From an uncultured Verrucomicrobiae bacterium (lineage in GTDB: Bacteria > Verrucomicrobiota > Verrucomicrobiia > Palsa-1439), in the NCBI GenBank assembly GCA_963812605.1, contig CAWEWF010000001.1:288001-352000 (forward strand): a stretch of 64,000 nucleotides of DNA, given 5' to 3'. This document shows, in pieces, positions 19,141 to 29,240 of the stretch (position 1 is its first letter; every line of letters begins with the position of its first letter). Below the pieces are notes generated by a model. It ran no database searches. It was not told the DNA's origin and saw nothing but the letters and a program-made list of their open reading frames with translations. The position numbers and the translations under genes were made by a program.

Positions 19141-20246
19141 GCAAACCAATCCCAAGACCATATAGTTTGCTCGCCGAGGTGACGTATCGTTGTCCTTTGC
19201 ACTGCCCCTATTGTTCCAATCCGACACAGTTTTCCCGTGGTACATCGGAACTCACGCGGGACGAATGGAAGCGGGTGCTCGATGAGGCGGCCGAATTGGG
19301 GGCGCTGCATGTCGGTTTCTCGGGGGGCGAACCGCTCCAGCGTCTCGATCTCGCGGAACTCATTGCGGCTTCGCGCGCGGCGGGTCTCTATTCCAACCTG
19401 ATTACCAGCGCCATCGGCTTGAGTCGTCCGCGTGCTGAGGAATTGAAGGCGGCGGGCCTGGATAGCGTGCAGATCAGCTTTCAGTCTGATGAGGAGCCCC
19501 TGGCCGACACGATTGCGGGAACCAGGTCCCATGCGAGCAAGCTGGAAGCGGCGCGACTGGTCCGCGAATTGGGATTCCCGCTCACGATCAATATCGTGCT
19601 GCATCGGGGAAACATTGCCCGCGTCGCGCCGGTCGTCGCCCTTGCTGAAACTCTCGGAGCGGAACGGCTCGAGTTGGCCAATACTCAATTCTACGGTTGG
19701 GCGTTTCAAAACCGATCGGCATTGCTCCCGACGCGCGAGCAGATTGAAGTCGCAACCGAGATAGCGTTGGCCGCAAAAAACCGGCTCTTGGGGAAAATGG
19801 AAATCCTGTTCGTGGCCCCCGATTATTACGGGACGCGACCCAAGCCTTGCATGAATGGGTGGGGCAATCGACATTTGACGGTCAATCCCGTGGGTGACGT
19901 CCTGCCCTGCCCGACAGCTGGCGGAATAAAGTCATTGCGATTCGAGAACATTCGCGAGAAGCCGCTCCGCTGGATTTGGGCCGAGTCGGACTCTTTTAAT
20001 CGCTTTCGCGGGACGGAATGGATGCCGGAGCCGTGCCAAAGCTGCGAGTTTCGGGAGATCGACTTCGGGGGTTGTCGTTGTCAGGCCGCGCTGTTGACGG
20101 GGAACGCCGCGACAACGGATCCGGCTTGCTCACTATCACCATTTCGGGAACGACTTACGGAATTTGTAGATTCAATGCAAGGAACTACGGGCGGAATCTC
20201 TGAAACGGACACCAGCAGTGTCGCTTACCGCGAGAACCCAATCTGA
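19137..20246 (+). CDS. pqqE: PqqA peptide cyclase, radical SAM/SPASM
   Basis: LLAEVTYRCPLHCPYCSNP, SGGEP, ELANTQFYGWA, KPCMNGWG, DFGGCRCQA. Confidence 0.96.
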   Translation: MSKPIPRPYSLLAEVTYRCPLHCPYCSNPTQFSRGTSELTRDEWKRVLDEAAELGALHVGFSGGEPLQRLDLAELIAASRAAGLYSNLITSAIGLSRPRAEELKAAGLDSVQISFQSDEEPLADTIAGTRSHASKLEAARLVRELGFPLTINIVLHRGNIARVAPVVALAETLGAERLELANTQFYGWAFQNRSALLPTREQIEVATEIALAAKNRLLGKMEILFVAPDYYGTRPKPCMNGWGNRHLTVNPVGDVLPCPTAGGIKSLRFENIREKPLRWIWAESDSFNRFRGTEWMPEPCQSCEFREIDFGGCRCQAALLTGNAATTDPACSLSPFRERLTEFVDSMQGTTGGISETDTSSVAYRENPI

Positions 20247-20258
20247 CAGGGCTGGAGC

Positions 20259-20354
20259 TTACTCAAGCTCGGCGGAATAGGCTGTGCACTCCATGCTGAC
20301 AGGCACAACTTCAAAATCCGGCTTGATCCAACGAGCAACTGTTTCACTCTTCAT
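20259..20354 (-). CDS. pqqA: PQQ precursor peptide (31 aa, absent from ORF track)
   Basis: Hand-translated MKSETVARWIKPDFEVVPVSMECTAYSAELE*: WxxP-F leader and C-terminal ExxxY (ECTAY); 12 nt from pqqE stop. Confidence 0.9.
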   Translation of the reverse strand: MKSETVARWIKPDFEVVPVSMECTAYSAELE

Positions 20355-20362
20355 AATCGAGG

Positions 20363-20391
20363 ACTATAGATTGCGGCAGCGCAATTGTCAA
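20363..20391 (-). promoter_or_regulatory. sigma70-type promoter of pqqA with spacer palindrome
   Basis: Minus strand TTGACA-17 bp-TATAGT; spacer contains ATTGCG-ctgc-CGCAAT; ATG 8 nt after the -10. Confidence 0.75.
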
Positions 20392-20422
20392 TTCAGGAAA
20401 TGAGCGCCGAAAGGGCGGAAAT

Positions 20423-20869
20423 TCATTGGTTACCAGCGATTGGCTTGACGATGAAGTACAGGAACGGGTTGCTCGTTTCGATGAACTGATGGGGCGTGCC
20501 GTTGGGCACAATGATCACATCGCCCTTCTTGAGGTGGTGGGTCTCGCCGCCCGTAATCGACGTGCCACGAAGCTGCCCGGGCGAGACCACTTTCCCATCC
20601 ACCATCGTACCGCCGGTCACGAAGGTAGCGGTGCCATCCACCACGTAGATCACATCGGTTTCCAGTGTATGCAACTCGACCAACCCGGGCCGCTCACGCC
20701 GGCCGGCGTGGACCTTGTAGCCGGGGGTTTCGATCAGCGGCATGCCTTTGGCGAACGCCGCGGAGACTTTTTCGCTGTCGATATAAGTGACCGGGGCAAC
20801 CGCTTTCGGTTCGGAGAGCGCCACGGAAGCGAACATAGTTGCCAGGATGATTGCGATGCAGTTTTTCAT
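20423..20869 (-). CDS. Secreted cupin-domain protein
   Basis: Signal peptide; ELHTLETDVIYVVDG and KGDVIIVPNGTPHQF cupin motifs. Confidence 0.8.
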   Translation of the reverse strand: MKNCIAIILATMFASVALSEPKAVAPVTYIDSEKVSAAFAKGMPLIETPGYKVHAGRRERPGLVELHTLETDVIYVVDGTATFVTGGTMVDGKVVSPGQLRGTSITGGETHHLKKGDVIIVPNGTPHQFIETSNPFLYFIVKPIAGNQ

Positions 20870-20900
20870 ATGAGCTATGGCTCCTTCGATTCCAGATTAC

Positions 20901-21650
20901 TCACAAATGAATACCCGTAGCACCGAAAATCGCCATCGTGCGGGGATTCTGCAAGAAAGCAATTACCTGCAAGTCTCTCTTCGGCGATAAGAATTCCGGT
21001 TCGAGGCTCACACTTCCCGTCGGTTCAGCAAGCGGTAAAGTGAGGAACTTTCGCACTACGTTCGCATGGGACAGCGCGTGGCCCGCGTTCTCGCCGCGCA
21101 GCACCTTCGAGACCAGACCGGACTCGACAACTGCGACGCACAACACGGCATCTTTCGGAGCGCCAGAAACTTGATATTCAATCTTCTGTCTGTCGCCGTC
21201 CGCGTTTACCCGAAGCGTCACTGACCCCCGCGCGGGAAGGGCGAGGGCGGCGGCTACCGCTTTCCGCGCCTGCCGGCGGTCCGAGCCGACGAACTCCGTA
21301 TTTCCGTTCACGATCATCTGCGGTGTGTAAGATTGATTTATGCGGAAAGCGACGCCGTATTGCTCCTGGCGTTCCGAGGAAATCCGCATGCTAAAGGGAT
21401 CCCGCCAGCCAAGGTAATTCCAATAATCCACATGAAACGCCAGCGGGAAGATTCGCCGGCCATCCTTTTTTCCATCGTCGGCGAGTTCGGCCAGGACCTT
21501 GTCGGCGGGCGGGCAACTGGAACAGCCTTCCGAGGTGAACAATTCCACAACCACAAACGAAGCTGCTGCGGGTTCCACCGCGGAGACATCCTGCGCCAGG
21601 ATCATTGAAAATGCACAAGTCGCCGCCAAAAGAGAAACTGGTTTGCGCAT
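20901..21650 (-). CDS. DUF1223 thioredoxin-like secreted protein
   Basis: VVELFTSEGCSSCPPAD, FHVDYWNYLGWRDPF, YTPQMIVNG, GENAG. Confidence 0.9.
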   Translation of the reverse strand: MRKPVSLLAATCAFSMILAQDVSAVEPAAASFVVVELFTSEGCSSCPPADKVLAELADDGKKDGRRIFPLAFHVDYWNYLGWRDPFSMRISSERQEQYGVAFRINQSYTPQMIVNGNTEFVGSDRRQARKAVAAALALPARGSVTLRVNADGDRQKIEYQVSGAPKDAVLCVAVVESGLVSKVLRGENAGHALSHANVVRKFLTLPLAEPTGSVSLEPEFLSPKRDLQVIAFLQNPRTMAIFGATGIHL

Positions 21651-21772
21651 GGCGTTTCTTTGATGTGTGAATGGGCATGGTCGTTTCGCAGGTCGAAAGC
21701 GGAATTGACGTTGTGGTCTTTTCAAGATTAGGGTTGAGGCCCGATGGGGTCTTGTCGGGACGGCTATCGGCG

Positions 21773-23065
21773 ATGATTGCTTATTCAAAAAGGTTCGGCA
21801 TCGTTGGTGTGGCGCTTATCTGCCTGGCGATCACCTCCTGCCAAACAGTGTCTACATCTGAACAGGACCACGAATATCTGGAATCCCTGGCCCAAATTCT
21901 GCCGAAACCGCCGACGAATGGGCCGGCCCTGTGCCAGGGTAACTATCTCAAACCGGATCAGGGCAAAGCCGTGCTCGATGCGGCGTTGGCGCAGTTTCCC
22001 AATCGCCAATCATGGGATGCCTGCGCCCATCATGTGCGCGAACGCATCCAGCAGGGGGCGGGTCTCGCGCCGTGGCCGCGGCGCACCCCGCTGAATCCCA
22101 TTGTTCGCGCGCGGCGCGTCTATGACGGTTACACCGTCGAAAACGTCGCCTTCGAATCGGTACCGGGTTATTACGTCACCGGAAATCTTTTTCGTCCATT
22201 GAATGCAAAGCCGCCTTATGCGGCCGTCCTCGCGACCCACGGTCACGCCGGGAAAATCAACAAACCGGAAGACTATGACCACTACGCCCGTTTTGCGCCG
22301 TCCATGCAGGCGCGTTGCGCCGCGCTCGCGCGGATGGGTGCCGTCGTTTTGTCGGTCGATATGTTCGGCATGGGCGACTCCATTCTCGAAGTCGGTCAGG
22401 AGGCGCATCGGCATCCGTTCTCGATGACGATCCAGGCCTGGGACAACATGCGCGCGATTGATTTTCTGGCTTCGTTGGATGGAGTCGATCCACACCGCGT
22501 CGCAGTCACCGGCGAATCCGGTGGCGGCACGCAGGCTTTCCTGTTGACCGCGCTCGATTCGCGCGTGGCGGTCAGTGTGCCGGTCGTCATGGTGTCGGCG
22601 CATTTCTTCGGGGGTTGCCCGTGTGAGAGCGGGCTGCCGATTCATCGGAGCGCGGATCATTTCGCCAATAATGCCATGATTGCGGCGCTCGCCGCGCCGC
22701 GGCCCATGCTGGTCCTTTCCGATGGCAAGGATTGGACCGCCAACGTCCCAAAGGTCGAGTATCCATTCCTGCAAAAAATCTATGCGTACTATGGCGCGGA
22801 GGGAAATGTCATGAACGTCCATCTACCGGCGGAGGGACACGACTACGGGCCATCGAAGCGCGCCGCGATGTACCGTTTTATGGCCGAGCGGTTCGGACTG
22901 AATCTGACCGCGATCCAGGACTCCGCTGGAAAAATCGATGAATCCCGAATCACCATCAAGCACGCCGGGCCCATGCATGTTTTCAACGATGACTTCCCGC
23001 TGCCTGCACACGCGTTGCGTGAGGCAAGCGCGGTTGAGCGCGCGCTACGCAAACTCCAGCAGTGA
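21773..23065 (+). CDS. Alpha/beta-hydrolase lipoprotein, acetylxylan-esterase-like
   Basis: Lipobox ITSC, TGESGGGTQ nucleophile elbow, GGCPCESG, APRPML, HDYG. Confidence 0.8.
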   Translation: MIAYSKRFGIVGVALICLAITSCQTVSTSEQDHEYLESLAQILPKPPTNGPALCQGNYLKPDQGKAVLDAALAQFPNRQSWDACAHHVRERIQQGAGLAPWPRRTPLNPIVRARRVYDGYTVENVAFESVPGYYVTGNLFRPLNAKPPYAAVLATHGHAGKINKPEDYDHYARFAPSMQARCAALARMGAVVLSVDMFGMGDSILEVGQEAHRHPFSMTIQAWDNMRAIDFLASLDGVDPHRVAVTGESGGGTQAFLLTALDSRVAVSVPVVMVSAHFFGGCPCESGLPIHRSADHFANNAMIAALAAPRPMLVLSDGKDWTANVPKVEYPFLQKIYAYYGAEGNVMNVHLPAEGHDYGPSKRAAMYRFMAERFGLNLTAIQDSAGKIDESRITIKHAGPMHVFNDDFPLPAHALREASAVERALRKLQQ

Positions 23066-23150
23066 GCACCAGATTTCTTGCCTTTATGACGCCCTTTGCT
23101 TTACGCTCGCAACAGCTGCGAGTTAGCCGGCGACGGAAAGAGGATTTAGC

Positions 23151-24320
23151 ATGAATAGAATGAAAACAATCCTGATCATCACGTGGCTCACCGCATTGCC
23201 GGCATTTTGCCAGGCTGCAACTGGCGAGCTAACAGTCAAAGCGGTCAACCAACTGGAAATCGCCCGGGCCAGCCAGACGATTGAGTTATCAGCCGAACAA
23301 CTCGCCCCCCTGGGCGAAAAAGACCTGCGCAAAATCCACGTGAAAGACACCGACGGCAAGGAGCTGCTTTGCCAGGCGGTGGACACCGATGGCGACCATC
23401 ATCCCGACGAAGTGATTTTTCAGTCCGACTTTGCCGCGAGCGCGACCAACACTTTCACGGTTACGGTCGGCAAAAAATGGGACTACACGAAAGACCAGTT
23501 CAAGGCGTATGGACGCTTTGTGCGGGAGCGTTTCGATGATTTCGCCTGGGAAAATGACCGCATGGCCCATCGGACCTACGGCCCGGCCCTGGAAACCTGG
23601 AAGGAAGAGCCGTTGACCAGTAGCGCCATCGATGTCTGGGTCAAGCGGGTTCCCTACCTGGTGATCAACGGCTGGTACCTGCTGGAGAACTATCACCTCG
23701 ACCACGGCGAAGGCGCTGATTTCTATTCGGCCGGCACCACTCGCGGCAACGGTGGCGACGGTCTTTGGGCCGGCGACAAACTTTGGGTATCCAGGAACTT
23801 CGTCAACTCCCGCGTCCTGGCCTGTGGCCCCATCCGCGTGCTGTTTGAATTGACCTACGAGCCCTTCGATGTCAATGGGACGAAGGTCTCCGAAGTCCGG
23901 CGCATCAGCCTCGATGCCGGTCAGAATCTGGATCGCTATCAAGTTCGCTACAAACCGGAACAGCCGGTGGAATTGACCGTGGGCATCGGCATCAAAAAGA
24001 AAGACGTGACGCAGACCGATGCGAATACCAATCGTTGTTCATTCACCACCTGGGAACAGTTGCGGGACGACAAGCTGGGGCAAAGCCATCTCGGCCAGGC
24101 AATTGTCCTCGATCCGAAACTGTTGGTGAAAACGGCCGAGGACAAATTGAACTACCTCGTGCTCGCGAAAACGTCCAAGGACAACCGCATCTCCTACTGG
24201 GCCGGGTTTGGTTGGGACAAGAGCGGCCAGTTTGCCGACTACGATTCCTGGAAGGCGTACACAGACCAATTTGCGCAAGGCGCGCTCTCACCAATCGAGG
24301 TCAGTGTGTCCGGCGATTGA
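23151..24320 (+). CDS. DUF4861-family secreted protein
   Basis: Signal peptide; ERFDDFAWENDRMAHRTYGP, IDVWVK, YHLDHGEGADFY; adjacent to GH105. Confidence 0.8.
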   Translation: MNRMKTILIITWLTALPAFCQAATGELTVKAVNQLEIARASQTIELSAEQLAPLGEKDLRKIHVKDTDGKELLCQAVDTDGDHHPDEVIFQSDFAASATNTFTVTVGKKWDYTKDQFKAYGRFVRERFDDFAWENDRMAHRTYGPALETWKEEPLTSSAIDVWVKRVPYLVINGWYLLENYHLDHGEGADFYSAGTTRGNGGDGLWAGDKLWVSRNFVNSRVLACGPIRVLFELTYEPFDVNGTKVSEVRRISLDAGQNLDRYQVRYKPEQPVELTVGIGIKKKDVTQTDANTNRCSFTTWEQLRDDKLGQSHLGQAIVLDPKLLVKTAEDKLNYLVLAKTSKDNRISYWAGFGWDKSGQFADYDSWKAYTDQFAQGALSPIEVSVSGD

Positions 24321-24327
24321 CTCGACT

Positions 24328-25557
24328 ATGAAAGGCAACTTCACTTTCCGTTTTCGACTTCTCCTCGGTGCGCTCCTCCTTGTGGCCCCGGTTCTACGGG
24401 CTGCTGATGGCTCGCTGCCGCGTGAGTTTGTGGGGAACACTCCGTTGCAGTGGTCGGTCCACATGGCGGATTCGGAGATGGCCCGCCGCGGTGACAGCCT
24501 GGCCTGGAAGGAAGGCGGCTCTGCTAAATGGGATTACACCACGGGCTTGTTTACGCTTTCACTCGTCAAACTCAACGAGCGGCTCGATGATCCTCGCTAC
24601 CTGGCGTTTGCGGAAGACACCATCGGCTCATTCATTTCGGCGGACGGCACAATTCGCGGATATAAGTTTGAGGAATACAGCCTCGACAACATCAATCCGG
24701 GCAGGACCGTGCTGGCGCTCTACCGGATCACAAAGGAGGAACGGTACAAGAAAGCGGTCGATCTCTTGCGCAAGCAACTCGATTTTCAACCGCGCACCGC
24801 GGACGGCGGTTTCTGGCACAAACAACGATACGCGCACCAAATGTGGCTGGATGGCCTTTACATGGCGTTGCCGTTTTATGCCGAATACACGAAACTTTTC
24901 AATGAGCCGACCGCTACGTTCGACGACGTGGCGAAGCAGATTCGTCTCATGGCTGCGCACACGTACGACCCGAAGAGCGGCCTCTTCTACCACGGCTGGG
25001 ATGAGAAGAAGGCGCAGACCTGGGCCGACAAAACCACCGGTGCTTCCCCGAGTTTCTGGGGTCGCGCCATTGGCTGGTATGGCATGGCGCTGGTGGATGT
25101 GCTCGATTATTTCCCGAAAGACCATCCCGCCCGTCCGGAGATCATCGCCACGTTAAAGAAACTTTGCGACGGCGTCGTGAAACACCAGGATGCAGACAGC
25201 GGGTTGTGGTGGCAGGTTGTTGATAAGGGTGGCCAACCGGGCAATTACCTGGAAGCCACTGCGTCGAGCATGTTCGTGTACACGATGGCCAAGGGCGTGA
25301 ACCAGGGCTACCTTCCCCGTGACTACGTGCCGTCAATCGTGAAGGGCTATAGCGGCATCACGGGAAAACTTATCAAGACGGACGCCAGGGGCGGTGTCTC
25401 GCTGACGCAGTGCTGCTCCGTGGCCGGCCTTGGCGCGGGCCGCGATGGATCGTTCGCGTATTACATCAAAGAACCCATCGTGGATAACGACCTCAAAGGC
25501 GTCGGCCCATTCATTCTTGCCGGCCTCGAAGTGCAGCAGCTTATTAGCGGGCAATAG
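24328..25557 (+). CDS. Unsaturated rhamnogalacturonyl/glucuronyl hydrolase (GH105/GH88 fold)
   Basis: WDYTTG, LDNINPG, GGFWHK, MWLDGLYM, FYHGWDE, FWGRAIGW, NDLKGVGPF. Confidence 0.92.
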   Translation: MKGNFTFRFRLLLGALLLVAPVLRAADGSLPREFVGNTPLQWSVHMADSEMARRGDSLAWKEGGSAKWDYTTGLFTLSLVKLNERLDDPRYLAFAEDTIGSFISADGTIRGYKFEEYSLDNINPGRTVLALYRITKEERYKKAVDLLRKQLDFQPRTADGGFWHKQRYAHQMWLDGLYMALPFYAEYTKLFNEPTATFDDVAKQIRLMAAHTYDPKSGLFYHGWDEKKAQTWADKTTGASPSFWGRAIGWYGMALVDVLDYFPKDHPARPEIIATLKKLCDGVVKHQDADSGLWWQVVDKGGQPGNYLEATASSMFVYTMAKGVNQGYLPRDYVPSIVKGYSGITGKLIKTDARGGVSLTQCCSVAGLGAGRDGSFAYYIKEPIVDNDLKGVGPFILAGLEVQQLISGQ

Positions 25558-25561
25558 CGGA

Positions 25562-26419
25562 TCATTGCGCTGCTGCGAGCCTGGTCACGACATCGGAAAA
25601 ACTGTTCACGACTGCCGCGAGATTCCTGATCAATTCCTGGCCGCTGGCTGGCGCAGTTTGTACACAGAAAGCGCCCTTGAACTTTTGTTGTGCCAGTTCT
25701 TTCAGGACTTCTGAAACGGCGGCGGTTTCCTGCGGACCGCTGCTGTCTTTGAGGTGAACTTCGAAAATGCGGCCTTTCAGTTTGCGGATACAATCCACGG
25801 GATCCTGGCCGGCGCGACGCCACTCAACAATATCGGCGCAGACGCCGATGCGCATGGAACGCTCCTGGACGGCCAGAAGCAGCGCATCACCGTCGGGATA
25901 TGGCGGGGATCCCGGCTGGTTCAGGATGGCAATGTTGATTTGATATTCGGTGGCGAGTTTATCCAACATCTCCAACGAATCGCTGGAAGGCGTGCCGATG
26001 ACATTTTTCACCTTAAGGCCCTTGGCGAATTCAAAGACCTTGCGCGCGTCAGCTTCGTTGTGGCCGAATTCCGTGACACCGTAGCTGACGATGTCAAGGT
26101 GATCCTCCTTCAGTTTGGCGTTGAGCATCTCGAGATTTGCCGGTGCCATGCCCGGTCCGACTTTGACGTCCGCGTGGTCCGGCGACAGCGGCTGGCCCGA
26201 AGCCAATTCCAAGTGGTGAAAGCCGTTCGTATGCAAGATATCGAGCATCTCCATGGCGGTGAGATCATGAAACGTTGAAGATTGACACAACAGTTGCCAC
26301 GAGAGTTTTTTAAGACCCGCATGGTCGATATGAATTGCGGGTGGATTTGTTCCGGCGGGTTCCGCAGCGTGCGCCGCGGCACAGATTAGCAGCAAGGCGG
26401 CAATGGCGGGAAGTCGCAT
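25562..26419 (-). CDS. Secreted sugar-phosphate isomerase/epimerase-like TIM barrel
   Basis: Signal peptide; VSYGV, KVFEFAK, IGVCADI, VHLKD. Confidence 0.7.
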   Translation of the reverse strand: MRLPAIAALLLICAAAHAAEPAGTNPPAIHIDHAGLKKLSWQLLCQSSTFHDLTAMEMLDILHTNGFHHLELASGQPLSPDHADVKVGPGMAPANLEMLNAKLKEDHLDIVSYGVTEFGHNEADARKVFEFAKGLKVKNVIGTPSSDSLEMLDKLATEYQINIAILNQPGSPPYPDGDALLLAVQERSMRIGVCADIVEWRRAGQDPVDCIRKLKGRIFEVHLKDSSGPQETAAVSEVLKELAQQKFKGAFCVQTAPASGQELIRNLAAVVNSFSDVVTRLAAAQ

Positions 26420-26563
26420 GGGAAGCATGGTTGAAGAAGAGAGCGGCCGAGTCAAGAGCCAAAGCCCATTGATGCTACGCGTTTTTGCTCCAAATAGGTT
26501 TGCACCAGCCCGAGTCTTCGCGTTAGGAAACAGGAAGCTTCAACAGACGGGAGTTGATCCATC

Positions 26564-28192
26564 ATGAAACGCATACTGACAGTTTGCCTCGGCTTCTTCC
26601 TGACTGGAGGGTTCATCGCGACGCCGCTTCTTGCGGCTGTTTTCGACGTCAAAACGTTCGGCGCTCTGGGCGACGGCAAGACGGTGGATACAGCCGCGAT
26701 CAATAAAGCCATCGATGCCGCGCATGCGGCTGGTGGCGGCACGGTGCAATTTCCGCCTGGCACGTATCGGAGCTTTTCGATTCATCTTCAAAGCAACATC
26801 GCGTTGTACCTCGAGCACGGCGCGACGATCCAAGCCGCCGACACACCACCGGAGGGCGGCGGTGATTACGATCCGCCGGAGACAAACCAGTGGGATAAGT
26901 ACGAGGATTTTGGGCACAGCCATTGGCACAACAGCCTGATCTGGGGAGAAAACCTGGAGAACGTTTCCATCATCGGCCCTGGACTGATTTATGGCAAGGG
27001 ACTCAGTTCGGGTGCCAGTGCCCGCACCCGCGCGTACGCAGCCAGCCATCCTCGTAGTGCCGCGCATGCTGATGGTGACCGGAATGAGTATCCCAATCCG
27101 CGTGACACATTGGAGGCGGGTATTGGCAACAAATCCATCGCCCTTAAGAATTGCCACAATGTCATCCTTCGGGATTTTTCAATCCTGCACGGCGGCCATT
27201 TCGCCATCCTCGCGACCGGTGTGGACAATCTCACCATCGACAACCTTAAGATCGACACCAATCGTGACGGTATGGATATCGATTGCTGCCGCAATGTGCG
27301 CGTGTCGAATTGCAGCGTGAATTCGCCGTGGGATGACGCCATCTGCCCGAAGAGTTGTTACGCTTTGGGCTACCTCCGGCCGACGGAGAACCTCACCATC
27401 ATGAATTGTTTCGTCACCGGAGGCTACGAGGAAGGGACACTGCTCGACGGTACCTACAAACGGTTCACCGGGATGGAAACCAACCGGATCGGCCATACCG
27501 GTCGCATCAAGTGTGGGACGGAATCCAACGGCGGCTTTAAGAACATCACCATCGCCAATTGCGTCTTCGATTATTGCGGCGGGCTGGCCCTGGAAAGCGT
27601 CGATGGCGCCGTCATGGAGGATGTGACCATCGACAACATCGCCATGCGCGACATCGTGAACTCGCCGATCTTTATCCGACTCGGCAACCGCGCACGTGGC
27701 CCGGACAATCCGCCCGTCGGCGTCATCCGCCGCGTCAACATCAGCAATATCGTTTGCTCCAATTCCAATTGGCAACTGGGCTCGATCATCAGCGGCATCC
27801 CCGATCATCCCATCGAAGACGTGCATATCAGCAACGTCCACTTTGTTTATCAGGGAGGTGGCACGAATGACGATGCGGCTATCGATCCTCCCGAGAAGGA
27901 AAAGGCCTACCCCGAGCCCACCATGTTCGGCACGATGCCATCTTACGGTTTTTTTGTTCGCCATGTGAAAGACCTTGAAATGGACTACATCGATGTGAGT
28001 TACGTGAAGGCCGAGGCGCGTCCCGCGATTGTGCTCAAGGATGTGGACGGGGCGGACTTTGACCGCGTGAAGGCGCAATGGAGGCCGAGGACGCCGTTTT
28101 TTGATTTGCGCAATGTCAGGCATTTCAGGTTGCACAACTGTCCGGGGCTGACCGATACAAATCGTGTAACAGTCGAGAGTGACTCATTTTGA
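26564..28192 (+). CDS. GH28 polygalacturonase-family glycoside hydrolase
   Basis: FGALGDGKTVDTAAINKAI, TNRDGMDID, PWDDAICPKS, RIKCGTES. Confidence 0.92.
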   Translation: MKRILTVCLGFFLTGGFIATPLLAAVFDVKTFGALGDGKTVDTAAINKAIDAAHAAGGGTVQFPPGTYRSFSIHLQSNIALYLEHGATIQAADTPPEGGGDYDPPETNQWDKYEDFGHSHWHNSLIWGENLENVSIIGPGLIYGKGLSSGASARTRAYAASHPRSAAHADGDRNEYPNPRDTLEAGIGNKSIALKNCHNVILRDFSILHGGHFAILATGVDNLTIDNLKIDTNRDGMDIDCCRNVRVSNCSVNSPWDDAICPKSCYALGYLRPTENLTIMNCFVTGGYEEGTLLDGTYKRFTGMETNRIGHTGRIKCGTESNGGFKNITIANCVFDYCGGLALESVDGAVMEDVTIDNIAMRDIVNSPIFIRLGNRARGPDNPPVGVIRRVNISNIVCSNSNWQLGSIISGIPDHPIEDVHISNVHFVYQGGGTNDDAAIDPPEKEKAYPEPTMFGTMPSYGFFVRHVKDLEMDYIDVSYVKAEARPAIVLKDVDGADFDRVKAQWRPRTPFFDLRNVRHFRLHNCPGLTDTNRVTVESDSF

Positions 28193-28199
28193 CCGTCCG

Positions 28200-29240
28200 T
28201 TACGGACGCGTATGTCCACTGCGCAAGGCCGCCTCGAGTTGCTGCATATCTTTTGGCAGCGCGGCTGTCCAGGTCATTCGGATTTCGGCTTTGGCCGGAT
28301 GGTCCAGGGTCAGGATTTCGGCATGCAACGCCTGGCGCGGGAAATCAATGCGCGAGGTTTTTGGGGCGTCGCCGTGATACTTGGGGTGATAGGTGCGGTC
28401 GCCCAACAACGGTAGCCCGGCATGGGCGGCCTGGGCGCGGATTTGGTGTTTGCGCCCTGTTTCGAGCCGCAACCGCAGCTTGGTGACGACTTCCTTGCCG
28501 CCAGCGAGCTTGAATTCCTTGATCACTTCGTAATGGGTGATTGCTTCGGTGGCCTCCTCACCGGCGGTTTTGGCTTCCACGTCGGAAATGACGAACTGCC
28601 TAAGCTCGTCATCGCGCAGTCGCAACCAATTCCGCCAGGTGCCTTTCGCCTGCGGCGCGCGGCCTTCCACGTAGGCCACATACTCCCGTTTCATCGTGCG
28701 CGTCTGCAACTGATTGATCAGGTGCTGCCGTGCGGCCGGATTCATCGCCATGCAGAAAACGCCGCTCGTGTACTGGTCGAGCCGGTGCACCGGCAGGGGC
28801 TCCAACCGGCGATAAGCGGGCGGCAGCGAATAGCCGCGTCCATCGAGTCCGCGGTCATAAGCGCGCAATTTGCCATCGAGAAAATCAGCGAGGATACTGA
28901 GCGCCGAAAGATCGCCGTGCTCCGCCGGTACGGAAAGCAGGCCCGGCCCCTTGTTGACGACGGCGAGCGCCGCGTCCAGGTAAAGCACCGCGACGCGCGG
29001 ATGAATTTGCCACCCGGCGGCGCCGCAATCCAGCGCTGTGGCGCGACGGTCGAGAAGTTCCAATCCGTTTTGCGGGTCGGGAATCGATTGGTTGGGCAGG
29101 CGCACGATGACCCCGTTTATGCTCACGCGCCCCGCCGTGATCCATTGCTTGGCCCGTTTCTTCGGCGTGTCCGGATATTTCCGCAGCAACCACTCCAGCA
29201 GCGGCCGTTTCGACTGTTCCGTGGAATCTTTCGTTGTCAT
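28200..29240 (-). CDS. RluA-family pseudouridine synthase with S4-like N-terminus
   Basis: VVNKGPGLLSV, VHRLDQYTSG, LETGRKHQIR, GDRTY, QALHA. Confidence 0.92.
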   Translation of the reverse strand: MTTKDSTEQSKRPLLEWLLRKYPDTPKKRAKQWITAGRVSINGVIVRLPNQSIPDPQNGLELLDRRATALDCGAAGWQIHPRVAVLYLDAALAVVNKGPGLLSVPAEHGDLSALSILADFLDGKLRAYDRGLDGRGYSLPPAYRRLEPLPVHRLDQYTSGVFCMAMNPAARQHLINQLQTRTMKREYVAYVEGRAPQAKGTWRNWLRLRDDELRQFVISDVEAKTAGEEATEAITHYEVIKEFKLAGGKEVVTKLRLRLETGRKHQIRAQAAHAGLPLLGDRTYHPKYHGDAPKTSRIDFPRQALHAEILTLDHPAKAEIRMTWTAALPKDMQQLEAALRSGHTRP

